From: Lingula anatina
Taxonomy: Eukaryota > Animalia > Brachiopoda
Reading direction: 5' to 3'
DNA: 64,000 bases
Assembly (NCBI GenBank): GCA_051362555.1
Contig: CM120648.1
Coordinates: 2,519,721 to 2,583,720, forward strand
In this document: positions 49,529 to 63,230 of the stretch, one piece after another
Layout of the letters: the number at the start of each line of letters is the position of its first letter
How positions within the stretch are numbered: the first letter of the stretch is position 1
Notes under the pieces: generated by a model
Seen by the model: the letters and a program-made list of their open reading frames with translations, nothing else
Database searches by the model: none
Told to the model about the DNA's origin: nothing
Made by a program: the position numbers and the translations under genes

Positions 49529-50922
49529 ATAGACTGCGGTCTCCGCAAGATATTGTGGGAGCGAATTTCGCCTTGTTGGTGAGACATGAAGTTCCCCAGA
49601 ATAAATACGTCCAAAATTGTTCTTAGAAAAAGCTGCTATGAATTCCAGCCTACTCAGTTGCGGTTCTCAAAGACTCCAATAGACCACTTTCATCGTCTTT
49701 ATCGTCTGTTAAGTAATTGTGGTTACTCTGCAATGAGTTTAACTCTCCACAGTGATACTAATTCGTCAACCGAATTCTATTAACATGCAGTTTGGGCTTT
49801 TTTTTTTTTTTTTTTTTTTTTTTTGACCACGTTCCAATATCACAAAGCGGACTTAACGTACGCACACGTAGTCGGCTATCAGAATTTAGCCGTCTAAAAC
49901 TTTGCACTATCCCTATTGATCTTGATCGATGCATAACTATCGGTCTGTTTCTGTTTGTCCTTGAGTGAATACACACAAACATTCGAATGTGAGTTGTTTC
50001 ACACAAGTAAAACAGCGTTGGATCGATAACAGTCCCATCAAGGGTTCTGAAGTCCGAGTGATGGGGTCAGGAGAGGACACTTTTGATTATATCCATTTGG
50101 TATATTTGATAAGGAAACCCCATGAATTCGTGCTGATAACTTTGGACATTCGTAATTTTGTCCATGTGATAAGTGAGTCCTGCAGGTCGGATCACTTCGT
50201 TATTGGGTTAACTGTCGGATGGAATCACCTCCCAGGCTGTGGCAATAGGCGTCGTGGGGCCTGAGTCAAAGTTTTCGACTGTAAACTGGTTTAAACTTTT
50301 TGTCCCCTTTGACACAAAATAGATCGGTATTAGTCCAATTGAATGGAATACAGTGTCTGTTTTATTATTGGAGTGGCATGGATAATATTTGAGGCCAATA
50401 CTTATCTGATATGAATGAACTGATATCGATTTTTCTTAAACTGATGTACCTGTAGACCGCAATTTATGTCTGAAAGTTTTGGAAAAACGACAAAAATACG
50501 ACACATGGTAGTCTAATTGGGTGCGCGGTTGTATGCTTTATCATAAAAAATCCTAAAGAAATTTGTAAGTCCCTACGCATGACTAAAATGGTAATTACTC
50601 CGTTTAAAAGTACATTATAAGACCCTTACAAAATGTTAAGGTTATATGAAAATAACCGCGAACGCAAATAGACAATTAAGACAAATTATGCGTGAACAAC
50701 AACACGTGCGCTCCTGTAGGAATCCTGTTGAATTGATGTGCATTAACAACGGCCCTAGTTTAACGCAGGCGGAGTGCTGACAGAAAATATTACCAGAAAA
50801 ATAAACACTTAATAAATGTACCTGAGAACGACGTTCCGTTAACGGGTAGATAAAAAAGGGAAAAAAGGAAAGCAAAACAGAGAAACAAATAGATAGACTG
50901 CAGTAGGCAGGCAGACACACGA

Positions 50923-50932
50923 ACAGACAGAC

Positions 50933-50963
<31 letters not shown>
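50923..50963 (+). repeat. (GACA)n microsatellite
   Basis: Direct reading. Confidence 0.9.
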
Positions 50964-52386
50964 TAACAAGATGGTGCCCCTCTACCCTGATTTGTTCCCA
51001 AGTTTTTGTTCCGTTGGGAACAGTGGAAAAGGATAAAATTATTCATTTGTGTTGTGAACGCCTGGTGGTTCCAGTCAGCCGTTCAAGTGAGCTATGAAGC
51101 AAAACCAGTAACTTTTATCACTTTTTAACAGCCGTTGCGCTGATTGTTATTGACAGATTCCAGGTGGAATAGCATCCTCCTTCTGTAAAACAACGAATAA
51201 GGGAAGAATACTGAACATATGACCTTGCTAGCCAGGTAATTCAATTGCAACAGTTAAGGCACAAAATCATTGCATCTTAATACAATTAATGTGTGGGCTT
51301 TAAGCAAGGTAACCCGTGCGAGGGGGAGGGGGGTCCAGATAACCCAGTCATTGGTACCCGAGGGGAAGCCAAACAGGTCGACTATAGGTCGTAGATGTCA
51401 TCTTAATAATCTAACATTTTGCTAATCGAGATTTCCGCCACGGGTTCTACAGGGTCTGCGCTAAAAGCGGACTGTTAAGCACCTGGTTTAAGGTATCTAA
51501 ACGGGAACGCTGTGATTTACTTTTCTGATAAGATGTTCACAAAAGCACAAGGAGCAGAATACCGAAAATAGATTTAACGCTCTCTTAATGCAATTTGAGA
51601 CAACTGTTACCATTGCTAATATTGCACTGTGCTTTCACTAACAGGAAGATTAAGTTGTGAAGATATCTTATTTCTTATTGTCTAATCTTCTTTACAAGGT
51701 TGTTATTCCATCACAGAGATTCAATAGGATGATTCACAGAAAGAAAATTGTGTCCCTAATGAAATAAATATGGTTTGTATTTTCGCGTGTAAGAAATCAA
51801 TTTTTTTTGCGAGTGTCACGCTCGACAAAGCTGCTGGTTTCCGACAGCTGCACATCAAAATTTGAAAACGTTGAATCATTACATGAAATAATACTACACG
51901 TGGATACATTTTACACGAAATAACAGACAGAATGGTAAAACTAGACTGATATAAATGCACATGCATCTGTAGCTGGGAATGATGCAGTAAGATGTACGCA
52001 TGTTTGGTTTAAAAAAAGAATCGATTAATATGTAAAATGCGCTGACAATACACAGTATTATCTTTAATCATTTCAGTCATCCTTTCAGTTCGTGCAAGGA
52101 ACATGTAATATGACGTAATGTAGCTTTTTAGCGTGAAAAAAACAAGAACAAGTCAGGAAATTACAATTGTAAAAACACGGTTTTCATTTCAATTCCCCTT
52201 CCAATTTACCAATTAAACATACACACCTCTATCTAACGCGTCATTAAACGCAAAGAAATTAACCGATCCGCGTTCCTATGCGTAGATCTACATGTATTAA
52301 GATCACTCCTTAATCCGTCTAAGAAGTCAGGGTTCAACCGTAAGCTGTGTTAGGTTAATAACAAGAATTGTGCCATCTGTGGTAAT

Positions 52387-52634
52387 GACCCCATTCCCAT
52401 AAATGCCATCGGTCTACGTAATCCGATCCGACTCTGTGAAGACTCTCGCTGAGTGCAATCAGCTTAACTGAACGACACGCCCCCTCTTTTTTTCCAACGT
52501 ACTCGTATATTCATCACCTTTTCTGTATTTTACTCAACGCCAGGAGGTTCCAAACGTGTCATTCAGTACAACTGAGGGTCCCTGTAAATCTGGATCGATT
52601 CACGTAGATCGATGTTGTCTATGGGAACGAGGCC
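52387..52634. mobile_element. MITE, family A-related subfamily (A2)
   Basis: Ends GACCCCATTCCCATA / TATGGGAACGAGGCC, TSD AAT; arm motif GACTCTCGCTGAGTGCA..CAGCTTAA..GACAC shared with the 16818 and 24787 copies. Confidence 0.78.
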
Positions 52635-53239
52635 AATGACCTGACGTAATCAGAGGAAAGCAGGGACCATAACTGAATTAAGTACGCACATCGCGGAGTA
52701 GCAGTCTTCTTGGAGTGTCTTTTAATCGCTCTCAGTGACGTAAGTTACCCGTCGTTCCCGTGTCATGATACCCTTACCTCTGTGTCTGTGAAACGGTCCA
52801 CGCAATTTCCGTTGGTTGTCACTGTTGTTGATTGAATTACAGGTCGTTGGACTCATTTATCACCGCTCCTTTTGCGTAATGAGAATGTCCTTCAAGGGGA
52901 AAAGGTGATATTTGTGACAGCCGCGACTGACTCGAGTCTCAACACATGAAGTAAACAGTTGAAACAAGAGCAAGAATGACGTACAACGGAGTCAACTCCT
53001 TAAGTTTTTAAAGATGTTTGATTTTAATGTGAAGTCATTTATAGACAACTGGGAGTGGCCGGTAGTCTGTTTGTCCTTACTTTGTAAGGTGACACTGGTC
53101 CCATGTACTGGCCCCATATACGTCTGACCAACCGTTACCTGCACTATAACCATGTGGGACCCCGCACTGGATCTGACCTGTCCGTATTATTCTGACCATT
53201 ATCACAGACATCAAGTTTGACCAAATACAAAACTTCTAA

Positions 53240-53451
53240 TACCCCCTTTACACTGGACGGCGTCCTTTCTGCGACCATGAAATTTGGCATCGCTGTGGTC
53301 TTAATAAGGAGGCACGAGCATTGATTTGGTATCAGAATGAATGCTAAATGATCAGCCAGTTGTCGGCACGTAAAGTATTATAATTCTTTAACTGTCAAAT
53401 GGGGCCGAACTGCTGGACGCAGAAGGGACGCTGTCCAGTGTAAAGGGGGCT
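53240..53451. mobile_element. Harbinger-type MITE (212 bp)
   Basis: About 34-bp TIR CCCCCTTTACACTGGACGGCGTCCTTTCTGCG / CGCAGAAGGGACGCTGTCCAGTGTAAAGGGGG; TSD TAA. Confidence 0.87.
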
Positions 53452-54196
53452 TAAGTCTTCAGCCGAATGCAAGCTCACAGAACGATGCGTCAAGTTTCAG
53501 AGAGTTTCATCTAAGCCAAGTTCATTTTTGCTTTTGGATTACCGGAAGAAAACGTTTTGATTGTTATTTATCTCCTTTGTCACTAAAAGGATTCTTTGTT
53601 TTTACTGAATCAGCCCGACAACCCGACGATTGTGCTCCTCTAAGCCATAGCTTACACAGTGGGGATGGGGGGGGGGGAGGGGGGGGGGGTAATCCGAAAC
53701 CCGATTCCGGGAGTTGGCAATAACAAGGTGTAAGATAAAACGGTGCTGGTGGGATCCAGTTATAGATCAATACAGTCTTTTAACTTGACATTATTAAAGT
53801 GTATCCACTTTCTGTATTTATCCATCTTCTGACTTCTCCTTACAGTGTCATTTAACATTGAATAACATCTCTTTAGGATCTTCTTGGATTGATTCCAACT
53901 GAGACCAATCACAGTAAGCACTTAATGTAGCTTTGGTGTCTCGCTAATACTGAGTGATTTTCTTCTTTTTTTCTTGGGTTGACATTTGGTAAAGTCAGTC
54001 TTACAATGCGTCCATTACCCAGTATTTTACCTTTGTCGTTTTTTATTTCACCTGCCATAAAGGTAGGCCTATTGCCCTTTTTATTCACACCATTTTCTTG
54101 TGATCTTTAGAGTTTCACATGTTGTAGCAAAGTGGAAGGAAGGATGCACTGCTGGGGTTTGTAGTACTTTACAGTTGGTACTGAATCTGTTTCTTT

Positions 54197-54373
54197 GGCC
54201 CCTTTCAGAAAAAGAGACTAGCTAGTCCGCAGGTCAAATATTGCCGACCCACTTGAATACTTCCCCACGGGATATCTATTCAGTGTCTATTAGCAGATTA
54301 GACGGCAAGCCTTGTAGTTGGTCGCCATATTTGACCCTCGGACTAGCTATAGTCCCCTATTCTGAATGGTCCC
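54197..54373. mobile_element. Fold-back MITE, family C
   Basis: Arms GGCCCCTTTCAGAA..GCTAGTCCGCAGGTCAAATAT / ATATTTGACCCTCGGACTAGC..TTCTGAATGGTCCC; 3-bp TSD TTT; same right terminus as element 22-333. Confidence 0.82.
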
Positions 54374-55232
54374 TTTCTCTGTCCAAAAAAACACATTACA
54401 CGATTTCCGTGGTTTTAGGCCGATGTTTTCATCAAGGGACATTCATCAAGCATGGCATTACAAGTGAAATATATAGATAACTACCCAAACAACTTGAACG
54501 GTTTCGCAATGTCACTCTGGATACATAATTAAGGTATACATCGTGTCCATCCAGGGAATTGAAGGTCCGTCTGCTCAAAACATTAATAACAAGGAGAAAA
54601 AACAGAAACCGTTTGAGAAACGTAGCTCTAAAGGGATCCGGGTGATTTACATACCAGGTTTTATGGCATGCATAAAACGTGTGTTTCTTTTTTAGAAGGG
54701 TGGGAGTGCATTTAGTCGGGCGCGTTCGTTATTTATTAAGGTCCCATAAATTTTGTTGTAACCAATGTGTTTTACAGTTACTTTTACACACTCAACGCAG
54801 AATGTAAAAATAGGTACGTTTATGTAGGTTTGTTTAATTTTTTCTATTCCTGTCTGTTTGTCTGTATTTATTTTGTGTATTTATTCTTCCCTCCGTTCAT
54901 CCAACCGTCTTTCCCTCTGTCCATCTCTCTTTCTGTATGTTTCCCAGTCTACTAGCTTGTCTGTCAGTGTATTTGAATGCTGGCACATGTTGGTAATATC
55001 ATGTATGTAAGTCATATATGTAAGTCATTCACCGACTACGTACTCTTACTAGTACATATAACCAAGCCAATTAATGGCACTATGTTTACTTTTCTCGACA
55101 ACATTAGATTCAATGGCCATGTTGCATGTTTCAACCTCCTGTTCATTAGGGAGATATCGCACCTGACCTGCGCGATACCATTGTTGGAATAAACAGTCGG
55201 GAAACGCTGCGTAAGGGTTATCACAGCACATG

Positions 55233-55402
55233 TAGGCCCGTAGCCAGCAATTTCAAAGGGGGGGGGGTTCTTTTTCTGAAAAAGTGGACCTTTTACCATA
55301 TAATCCCCATGTACATAGGTCAAATTTTACCCAGAGTGGACCTTTTTCCAGCAAAAAGGGGGTTCTTTCGAACCCCCCGAACCCCCCCTAGCTACGGGCC
55401 TG
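55233..55402 (+). mobile_element. MITE with (C/T)AGGCCCGTAGC termini (hAT-like ends; TSD not evident)
   Basis: TAGGCCCGTAGC / GCTACGGGCCTG; internal direct repeat GTGGACCTTTT; reverse copy at 43574-43717. Confidence 0.8.
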
Positions 55403-55862
55403 CATTGCGTGGCATCAGGAGGTTATAAATATGCAATCTTCGCACCTGACAAAGGGGGCGGCGGCATGATGAAAGGGATTTTGTTACAAACATTTGTGTT
55501 CGCTTATGTAACTTGGTCTATGGCATGAGTTGAAGTGTTTTTCATGTGAGAAACATTGGCGGTGATTCTAAGATATCTGCGCTATGTTGCCCGTTAATAT
55601 ATGGCGAAAACAGCGGTGATTACACGTATGTACACGAATTGCACATACCAGGAAGCAAGTATTAGCTACTTGCACAGCTGTTTGAGTACCACTTCCTTTC
55701 CGGGAGAATATTTGAATGTAATTACTCAAATAAAGCTGGGTTGCTACAATGTATCTCTTCAGTAATTGTTAAGACGTGGCGACAGATGAATATCTTACAT
55801 CGCGGGTGGTTCACAGTATACTGTCTGTCAGTATGGGCATCACCATGTAGTTGGTAGTTGGA

Positions 55863-55973
55863 TCATAAATGGAAATTATCAAACACAAGCCGAAGATCTT
55901 CCATACCGTTAGTTTACGTTAAGCTAACGGTATAAAAGAATTTTGGCTTGTGTTTGACAATTCTCATTTATGA
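55863..55973. repeat. Essentially loop-less 111-bp imperfect palindrome
   Basis: TCATAAATGGAAATTATCAAACACAAGCC..ATACCGTTAG / CTAACGGTAT..GGCTTGTGTTTGACAATTCTCATTTATGA. Confidence 0.85.
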
Positions 55974-58475
55974 AGAAAAAGGTTGCAGTTTTTTTTTTTT
56001 TTTTTTTTTTTTGCTAGAACTAGAACCAAGATTATCCAGATGTCAAGAGAAATAGAACGAATTGCAACGGTATTTCAAACAACATTCTTGCAGCTATGCA
56101 AAACAAAACAAAACTTTGTTGGGCTATATTTATCTATCTAGATACATAAAAAAGACACGACTTGAAATATCATCAGAGACGTCTGGCAAAGCGTTGTTTC
56201 GTTTGGTGTGTGCCCAAGACAAGAGTGAGGACACATTAAAAGGCCATTACCTATGACCTTCTCAAGACAACGCGATGCCAGTGTGAGGGACTAGCTCACT
56301 AAGTGTTCAGGATGATTGAGTGCGGTCTGAACAATTATCTGCATATAATGCCGACCTTTTATTACACTACCAAGTTTCAATTCCATTCTAATCATTTTGC
56401 CCAAGACATACATGTACACGTTATTACTTGCTGGCTACAATTACGGCACGATTTCCTTAACATTTAGCCATTTGGAGGGGAATTATGACTAGATTATAAG
56501 GAAAGGTTAGGTATACAGCAAAGGGTCTCAATGCGACTTTTAGATCGGCATTTTTTCGGATATGTCTTAGGTGGCTAAGAGTTAAACACCAAACCTTACT
56601 TTAATTATGTGAATCAGGCCCAGTTCTATTAGGTTCGTCTTAATACATGTTTAACCTCTAAACAACCCCAATTCGACTCCCCCCAGATGAAGATAATTAT
56701 ATTAGTCTTTTGCTATGGTGCTAATTGTCTTTGATGTCTCACTGTCCAGTTCACTGTTGTAGACATTTTGCGTTAAAAAGGACAGTTAAAGACATAATAA
56801 TTCGATTAATAAGCGAACTCCTGCAGTGAGCGGTCTTCAAACCATACACAAAATCAGTCCATAACTTGATTAAAGACAAGATTCACCACTGGCATTTAAG
56901 ACAAAATAATCACTCGTAGATATTTCCAGAGGACGTTAACACATTTTCCGTGACTTTTTGAAATGTTGAACAGAATTACTTTTTGATCACGCACGTCTGG
57001 TATTTGTGGTTTTAACCAAAGTGCATCTCTTTGTGAAATTGCAGTATACATCAGAAAATGTAACATGTACACTCATCGTGTCATATCAGAATTTTTGTTG
57101 GCAGGGGCGGGGGGAGCACCCCACTAATATACCACTACGTCTTGAGAAGTTTGTGTTCATTGGTCTCCCAGATGTAGAGATTATTGTAACTAATAGTGAA
57201 AGGACTGAGACGCTCAGATGGCGGAACGGTATCAAATACATTCGCTTCTTAATACGCTTTCTCCAGAAGTACATTGTCCTACAGATAACAAGACCATTCA
57301 TCATGAAAATATGAAATCAACTCCCAAAGTAATTAAGATAGATTTCTCCTACGCGGCAAAATAGCAATTTCCTTATCAGGCTTCGGAAAACTTTGCCCTG
57401 TGTGATCCGTCGCGTGAGGTTGGCACGGTTGTGTGGCATCTTGTGACGTAATCTACCCACGTAATTTATCTCTGGATACTGACCTCGCTGTGATGTAGAG
57501 GAGATATAGATTAGGGAATACAGTGACAGGTGTGATAACGAGACGTCTTAGATCGTATTGATGGCAGTGATAGTGATGGTAATAAGGAGAATGAAGGGGG
57601 ATAGGGTCATAGCGCGGAAGAGAATAAAAATTCTTAAATTCTTCTTGTGTCGCCTGAGTCGCTACATATCCTAACGTAAAACAGCTTGTTCAAGTAAAAT
57701 AAAGAAAATGCACGCTTCACACTGCCAATATGCTAAATTTTGCATTTGTTTTCTTTTAGTGTACCATAAATACTGTATCATCCTTGATTTGGTTTTTGAG
57801 ATAGCGCCGAAATGAAATAATACGAATTCCCTTGGCCATTCAACGCATGTACACTTATTCAATAAATTAGTTTGTCTGTTTTAGGATCTTCGCAACTCAT
57901 ACGTTTGACATTAAGCTAAGGGGATTATGACGGCAGATCACAAACCCATGATATTACAGGGAGTGGGTAGTCATTCCAGGTTGCCAGAATTCTCCGCTTC
58001 GTACATGTACCGGTATTTCAAGTGTCAAATAAGTCAAGTGTATAAAAAAAAATGACGGCTCGAAAGAGAATGTTCTACTTTGTCCCTCTCCAAAATAACA
58101 AGAGAAACGAGACCAAGTCAAGCGATTTCCCTTTCCTGGCTACAGAGAAATTGTCATAGTCATTTGACTCCGATTTTTCATCCCTTTCACCACCACCACC
58201 ACCAGCAGCAGCAATATCCTTCCGCTGGTGAAAAAATAAATTAACTTAAAGCTGATAATCAAACTGTACTGATTAAGGTCCAGTTGGACTGAGACAGCGA
58301 CTACTACTATGGGATGACTGCTACTCCTAAGTCTTAATTGGCTTCGATCAATTAAGTGTTTCTGTAGGTACTTTGATTAGCTCCAGCTATAGTTGATATC
58401 GGCGTCTTTGAACAGCCTTCTCTTTTGTCTTGGCGCCTTTCCTATATAGTCTAGGTTAGCTTTAATTCCTACATG

Positions 58476-58506
<31 letters not shown>

Positions 58507-61459
58507 ACCTGAGTACGTCATTCTTTACATTGATTCTCTTCTCGTCTTGTTAAGGTCCTTTTCTTCATCAGTAAAGGCGATTCTTGGGAACCCTGACATA
58601 TGAAGATTTTTGTCGTAATTTTGGTCTGTTATAACCTGTTTTGACAATCGGACATACAGTATTTGGCAGTTGTTTTTAGCCAATACACTCAAAATTTAAA
58701 CATGTTTCGCTTTAATTCAACGTTTATCATTGGCCCAGTGTGTTTATTTCTCTATTTCACTGTGCTTTCATTTGGTATGGAAACCTGGTCTCTGTCAGTT
58801 CAAAATATTGTGTATGTCTTACCCCGAAGCTCAGCGCAAACAAATGTTTGAATGTAAATTTTATAGATGGTGTCAGTACATTTTAACAGTACAAATTAAA
58901 ATGCGCATTTATAGTGGTGAAAGTGTGAGAATTAAGAAAAAGACACGTGAACCGACAAAATGGCAATTCCAAGAGGCTGTTCAGCATAGTGGACACACAC
59001 TTGTCAGGCATCTTCAGACCTAGTTCCCAGTGATTCCATTGAGATCTCGTTTTACAGTTTTGTATCAATATTAATTAGTATACATTTAATGTCAAAATCC
59101 GCTTTTACCTGAGCAGATAATTGTTCCTCAATGGTTTACTACGCCCAGCTGACTTCATTAAAATGATAAAATGGCCGTCTCTTAAAAGATCCTGTTTTCA
59201 AAGGGTAAATACGTATACAAGCTGCATTTTAAAAAAATTTAAAAAAGCGGACTTCATTTCAGTTCGAGACCACGTAGTGAAATCGGGTTTTAGAAGAAAA
59301 GGAATCAAAGCCTATATTAATCGACTGGGAGTTTTGTATCAATTTTCCATACTTTAAATACTCTGCTACCAAAATATATTTGACAAGGCTGAGTTTCTGG
59401 CCTTTTACTTTTCAACAGTCGACATTAAAACAAATTATTGAGTAGTTACGAAGATAACAGCAGCTTTTCATTGCACCGTCCGTGAATTTTGATTACCGCC
59501 ATTTTGATCAATTTTGATCACAGTTTGATGACCTTGACCTTGGTTTTATGTGCTCATCCAATTTATATCTGTACATCTTTCTATGTCATGCAAAGGGGCG
59601 TTGTGCAGGAATAGCGAACAATGTGCAATCAGCTAAATGGGGAGGGTGAAAGCAAACGTTTTTGATGATGTCGTTTAAGGAAAATGAGTTAGACATTAAT
59701 GAAATCGTCGACAAAATGTACTTCGGAAAAAAACCATTAAACCCACAGCATTTGAGAGGCTAAAATGTCTTTTCTGGTAAATGCCAATATCTTTGTAACA
59801 AACATGCGATGCCCCAAACACGGTGTTAGAAATGCAGGGTACCTCATCCTCGATTTCGAATATTGCAGAACTGTTGCATATGTCCTTCCACTCAATGCCT
59901 TGCCGATCCGTCTGAAAACTTGGGGAATGGCAACATACAGTCACTGGTACCATGCAAATGTTATGGAAGCTGTCGAAAAATTAATCAAATTAAAATCCGT
60001 TGGTTTATTTAGACGCTCTACGCATACAAGGATCAAAAATTTATTGAGCAATAAAGTATTGACTACGTCTGTTTTTCCATGTTTTATTGGAGGAGTTTTA
60101 TACATCTAAGCTATCCTTTGCTTGAAAGAATTTGAGAATTAGGAGGCTCTTTGAATATCGGGGGAAAAAGTATAAAAAAAAACGAGATTAAAACCAGATT
60201 TCATAACATACCGGTACTAGTAGACTATCAGCGTTCCTTCGCAAGCCTTTCAACCCTTCATCATAAATACATAATACCACACAAACACCACTTGCCATTT
60301 GTTATCCCATAAAAATCTACATTAAATGAAGATTAGACCTATGACGTTCCACCACTCGGGGCTTTTTATCTAAATATATTACGTGCACCTATCACTTCAT
60401 GTGTCTGTACAGAACGCTCACTTCACCTTCTCTGTTTTCATCTGTTTTGTGATTGTCTTGGTTAACAGTCAGTAATTTGGCAGCAATATATGATAAAAAC
60501 CAATGCCTTAATCTGAAGATGGGTTTCATCAAAATTACATTTTCTCTAAACGCAATCTACAATGATCGATACAGTATGGGTGATACGCGCGGATGACGTG
60601 CGTTATGTCCTGTCATGAATATATCCTGCAGGGGGAATTGGAGCCCGGCTGGTGAAACACAAATGAGAGCTGTCACTATTACCCACGTATACCTCGTAAC
60701 ATAAAGCATTATTTTGACAATATGAACTAAAATTAATGAAGATAAACACGACTCTCTGAGTTTTTCTTAAAATGCATATGGTCAGTAACCAATTGAGTTA
60801 TTTTTTCCGTGTTTTCTGATACTTCGATAAATTACGGTTGCAGCTGAACCACTTTGTTATCAGTTGGCAGACACCAGATATAATTCGAATATCAATCTAC
60901 TCTTTAAATCAGCAGGGATGAAAAAGGGGAAAGAAAAATACAAAAAAAAAATGTTCTCTGCCTATTCCATTATTCCTTAAATGTTGGAATGTAATGAAGC
61001 TGTCAGATGGATCGGAGAAATCAAAAACCACAGCTGCAGTAAATTACGTTTAATTTTAGTTTCAAGATTGAAACACCAGTATCATACTGCCATTCCTGTC
61101 TGTTTTCTTTGCAAACTGCAGCGTACACTTTGAAGCATTATTCTGACAAGGTTTTTCATAGTATATTTGTTACAAAATGATCAGTACTGATTGGCAGAAT
61201 ACGAGGATGACCTGAACGGTTTGTTTTCAGACCTCTCGTTGTGTGGTCAGTATACATGTTCATTGCACATCTTCAACAGCTGCATGGTGTCTATACCTGG
61301 GACCTTAAAGGACAAAAGCAGCAGATTAGAAAATAATAATTTGTGGAAAATGCGTCCCAAGTATTGGGCCTGAGCATCACAGGAGAACGAAGATATACAT
61401 AAATAATGCTTACACTCCAGCTCGGAGTCTTGGAAGGTCCGGGATAACTTGTGAATGAT

Positions 61460-61611
61460 GTACTTTGCAATTATAAAGCTGACAGGGCAGACTCTTTGCA
61501 AATTTGGCGCACGCTTTAGATGCTCTTGCAAATTTGCAAAGACATTTTTCTTTTAAAAACCTGCAAAGTGGTCCTTCCAAATGTGCTGCAAACTTTTCAT
61601 TTTGCTGAGGG
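61460..61611 (-). mobile_element. Partial related TTGCA-rich element
   Basis: Ends TTTCATTTTGCTGAGGG, whose reverse complement resembles the left end at 23254; repeated TGCAAATTTG motifs. Confidence 0.55.
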
Positions 61612-62899
61612 ACAACTGTAGCCAGTAACTTTGAACATGTGACACGCGTCCCATAGCACAGCAATGAGATGTCCAGTTGCCTTTCTATCTTTCTCTCAAC
61701 GTGGTGCACGTGGTCTTTTTCTGCATTTTTTCCGTTTTTTATTAATATGTTTTTTGGAATAAAACACCCATCTATCCGTTCCCATCACGATCATTTCCGG
61801 TCCAGTGCCAAAGCTAATTACAATTTCAATTTTCTCAATAATCTCATGTTCAAGTTATTGTATCCAGTTGGCTACGATAAGGCTTTATTGGCAACCGGTC
61901 GCCTTATTTCCTTACTGAACAAAAGAAGTCATTTGCCATGTCCGATTTTGTTCAGGAAATATGAGTCAGTCACCGGTCAGAGAGACTGTACCAATTAACT
62001 CCTCGGAAGTGAAGAGCACCAGTGATAATGGTCAAAGATGATAAAGTTGCTTCTGACGACATAGTTCCTTCACACGTCGTCTATCCTGATTATCCCAGAC
62101 CTGTTGGCGGCCTTGTAAAGGTGGTTTTGTTCCGTGTTGGAGACGTGTGCTTTTGCTGTAATTCTTGTTTAATAGAAATCAATTTCCTCTACAATACAAA
62201 TCAATAAATAAAGTCTTTCCAGTTTAGTGTCCTTAAAAAGGGATCAAACGTTGCTGATATTCTGATACAACAAACAAATAACCGTTTCCATCTAAATTCA
62301 TTATAAATATTCTACAATCGTATGTTTTACTTTTCAGTCAAATACACATACTAGTATAGAAACTAATTTCTGCTGGATATGTTTAAAATAATTCCCATTC
62401 ACCTGGATTCTGTACCCTTCAAATGTTTAACAAGATTTATTGTAAAGTGCACAAGTTTCACAAAAGGTTTTCATCTTATGTGCCAAGTAAAGATGTTTAT
62501 ATGTCTACTTGGGTAGGCGACTGGATAGAAGTTGACTAGCGCTGTAGTCTTGGTCATAGAGCAGTTACAGAGATATTAATTCCTGGCTTTGGCGGCCATT
62601 TAGTGCCGTGGCTATACTTTGGGTGTCACAAGAGAGGCGCAATACTCGCGTTTCTGTGTCTAAGGAGCCCCTGGTCCACAACAAACGCAGGTGGCATATC
62701 TGGTTATTATCACATCGAACAGTTTAAACCATGCCAAGACAATTTTAGCTTTCTCTAGGGATAAAAAGGCAGACGTATTTTGTCGCACATTAAGGCAAAA
62801 TTTAAGACAGACAAGATAAGTGCTGTCTCAGACACATGCCAATGTAGTGCCAAATAAAAGTCTCAAAAGATGCAGGTTAAGGTACCCGTACGTTGTTAA

Positions 62900-63230
62900 A
62901 GGGATAATAACTCTTCGTTTTGGTCAAAAAATAAATTTTCCTGGAGTAAACAACAATTTTCCCATACTTACCAATGGTTAATGAATCCATTTTTACATTC
63001 AAAGTTAGTCCCTGGTTTTTTTCTAAAAAGTTTTTTTTTTGTTATAATCTCTTAAGAGATTATAACAGAGTATAGACATCAATGGAGGTCATGTGGTCTA
63101 AAGACAAGCTCAGATATCAGAATAATAGCCATAACTGCAGTTTTTGTGGTAAAACAGAATATATTTCTGTGAGTTGTTCGCAATGTTTTGATTGTGAAAT
63201 ATAGATCTTATACGAAGAGTTATTATTCCT
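62900..63230 (-). mobile_element. Kolobok-like non-autonomous DNA transposon, inverted copy (331 bp)
   Basis: TTAA|AGGGATAATAACTCTTCG...CGAAGAGTTATTATTCCT|TTAA; aligns end to end with the reverse complement of 22325-22659. Confidence 0.87.

Noticed and set aside
59765-60109. 114-aa ATG ORF as a candidate exon 2 of paralog 2
   Set aside because: No ERY/DRY, no TM pattern or NPxxY, and no similarity to exon 2 of paralog 1.
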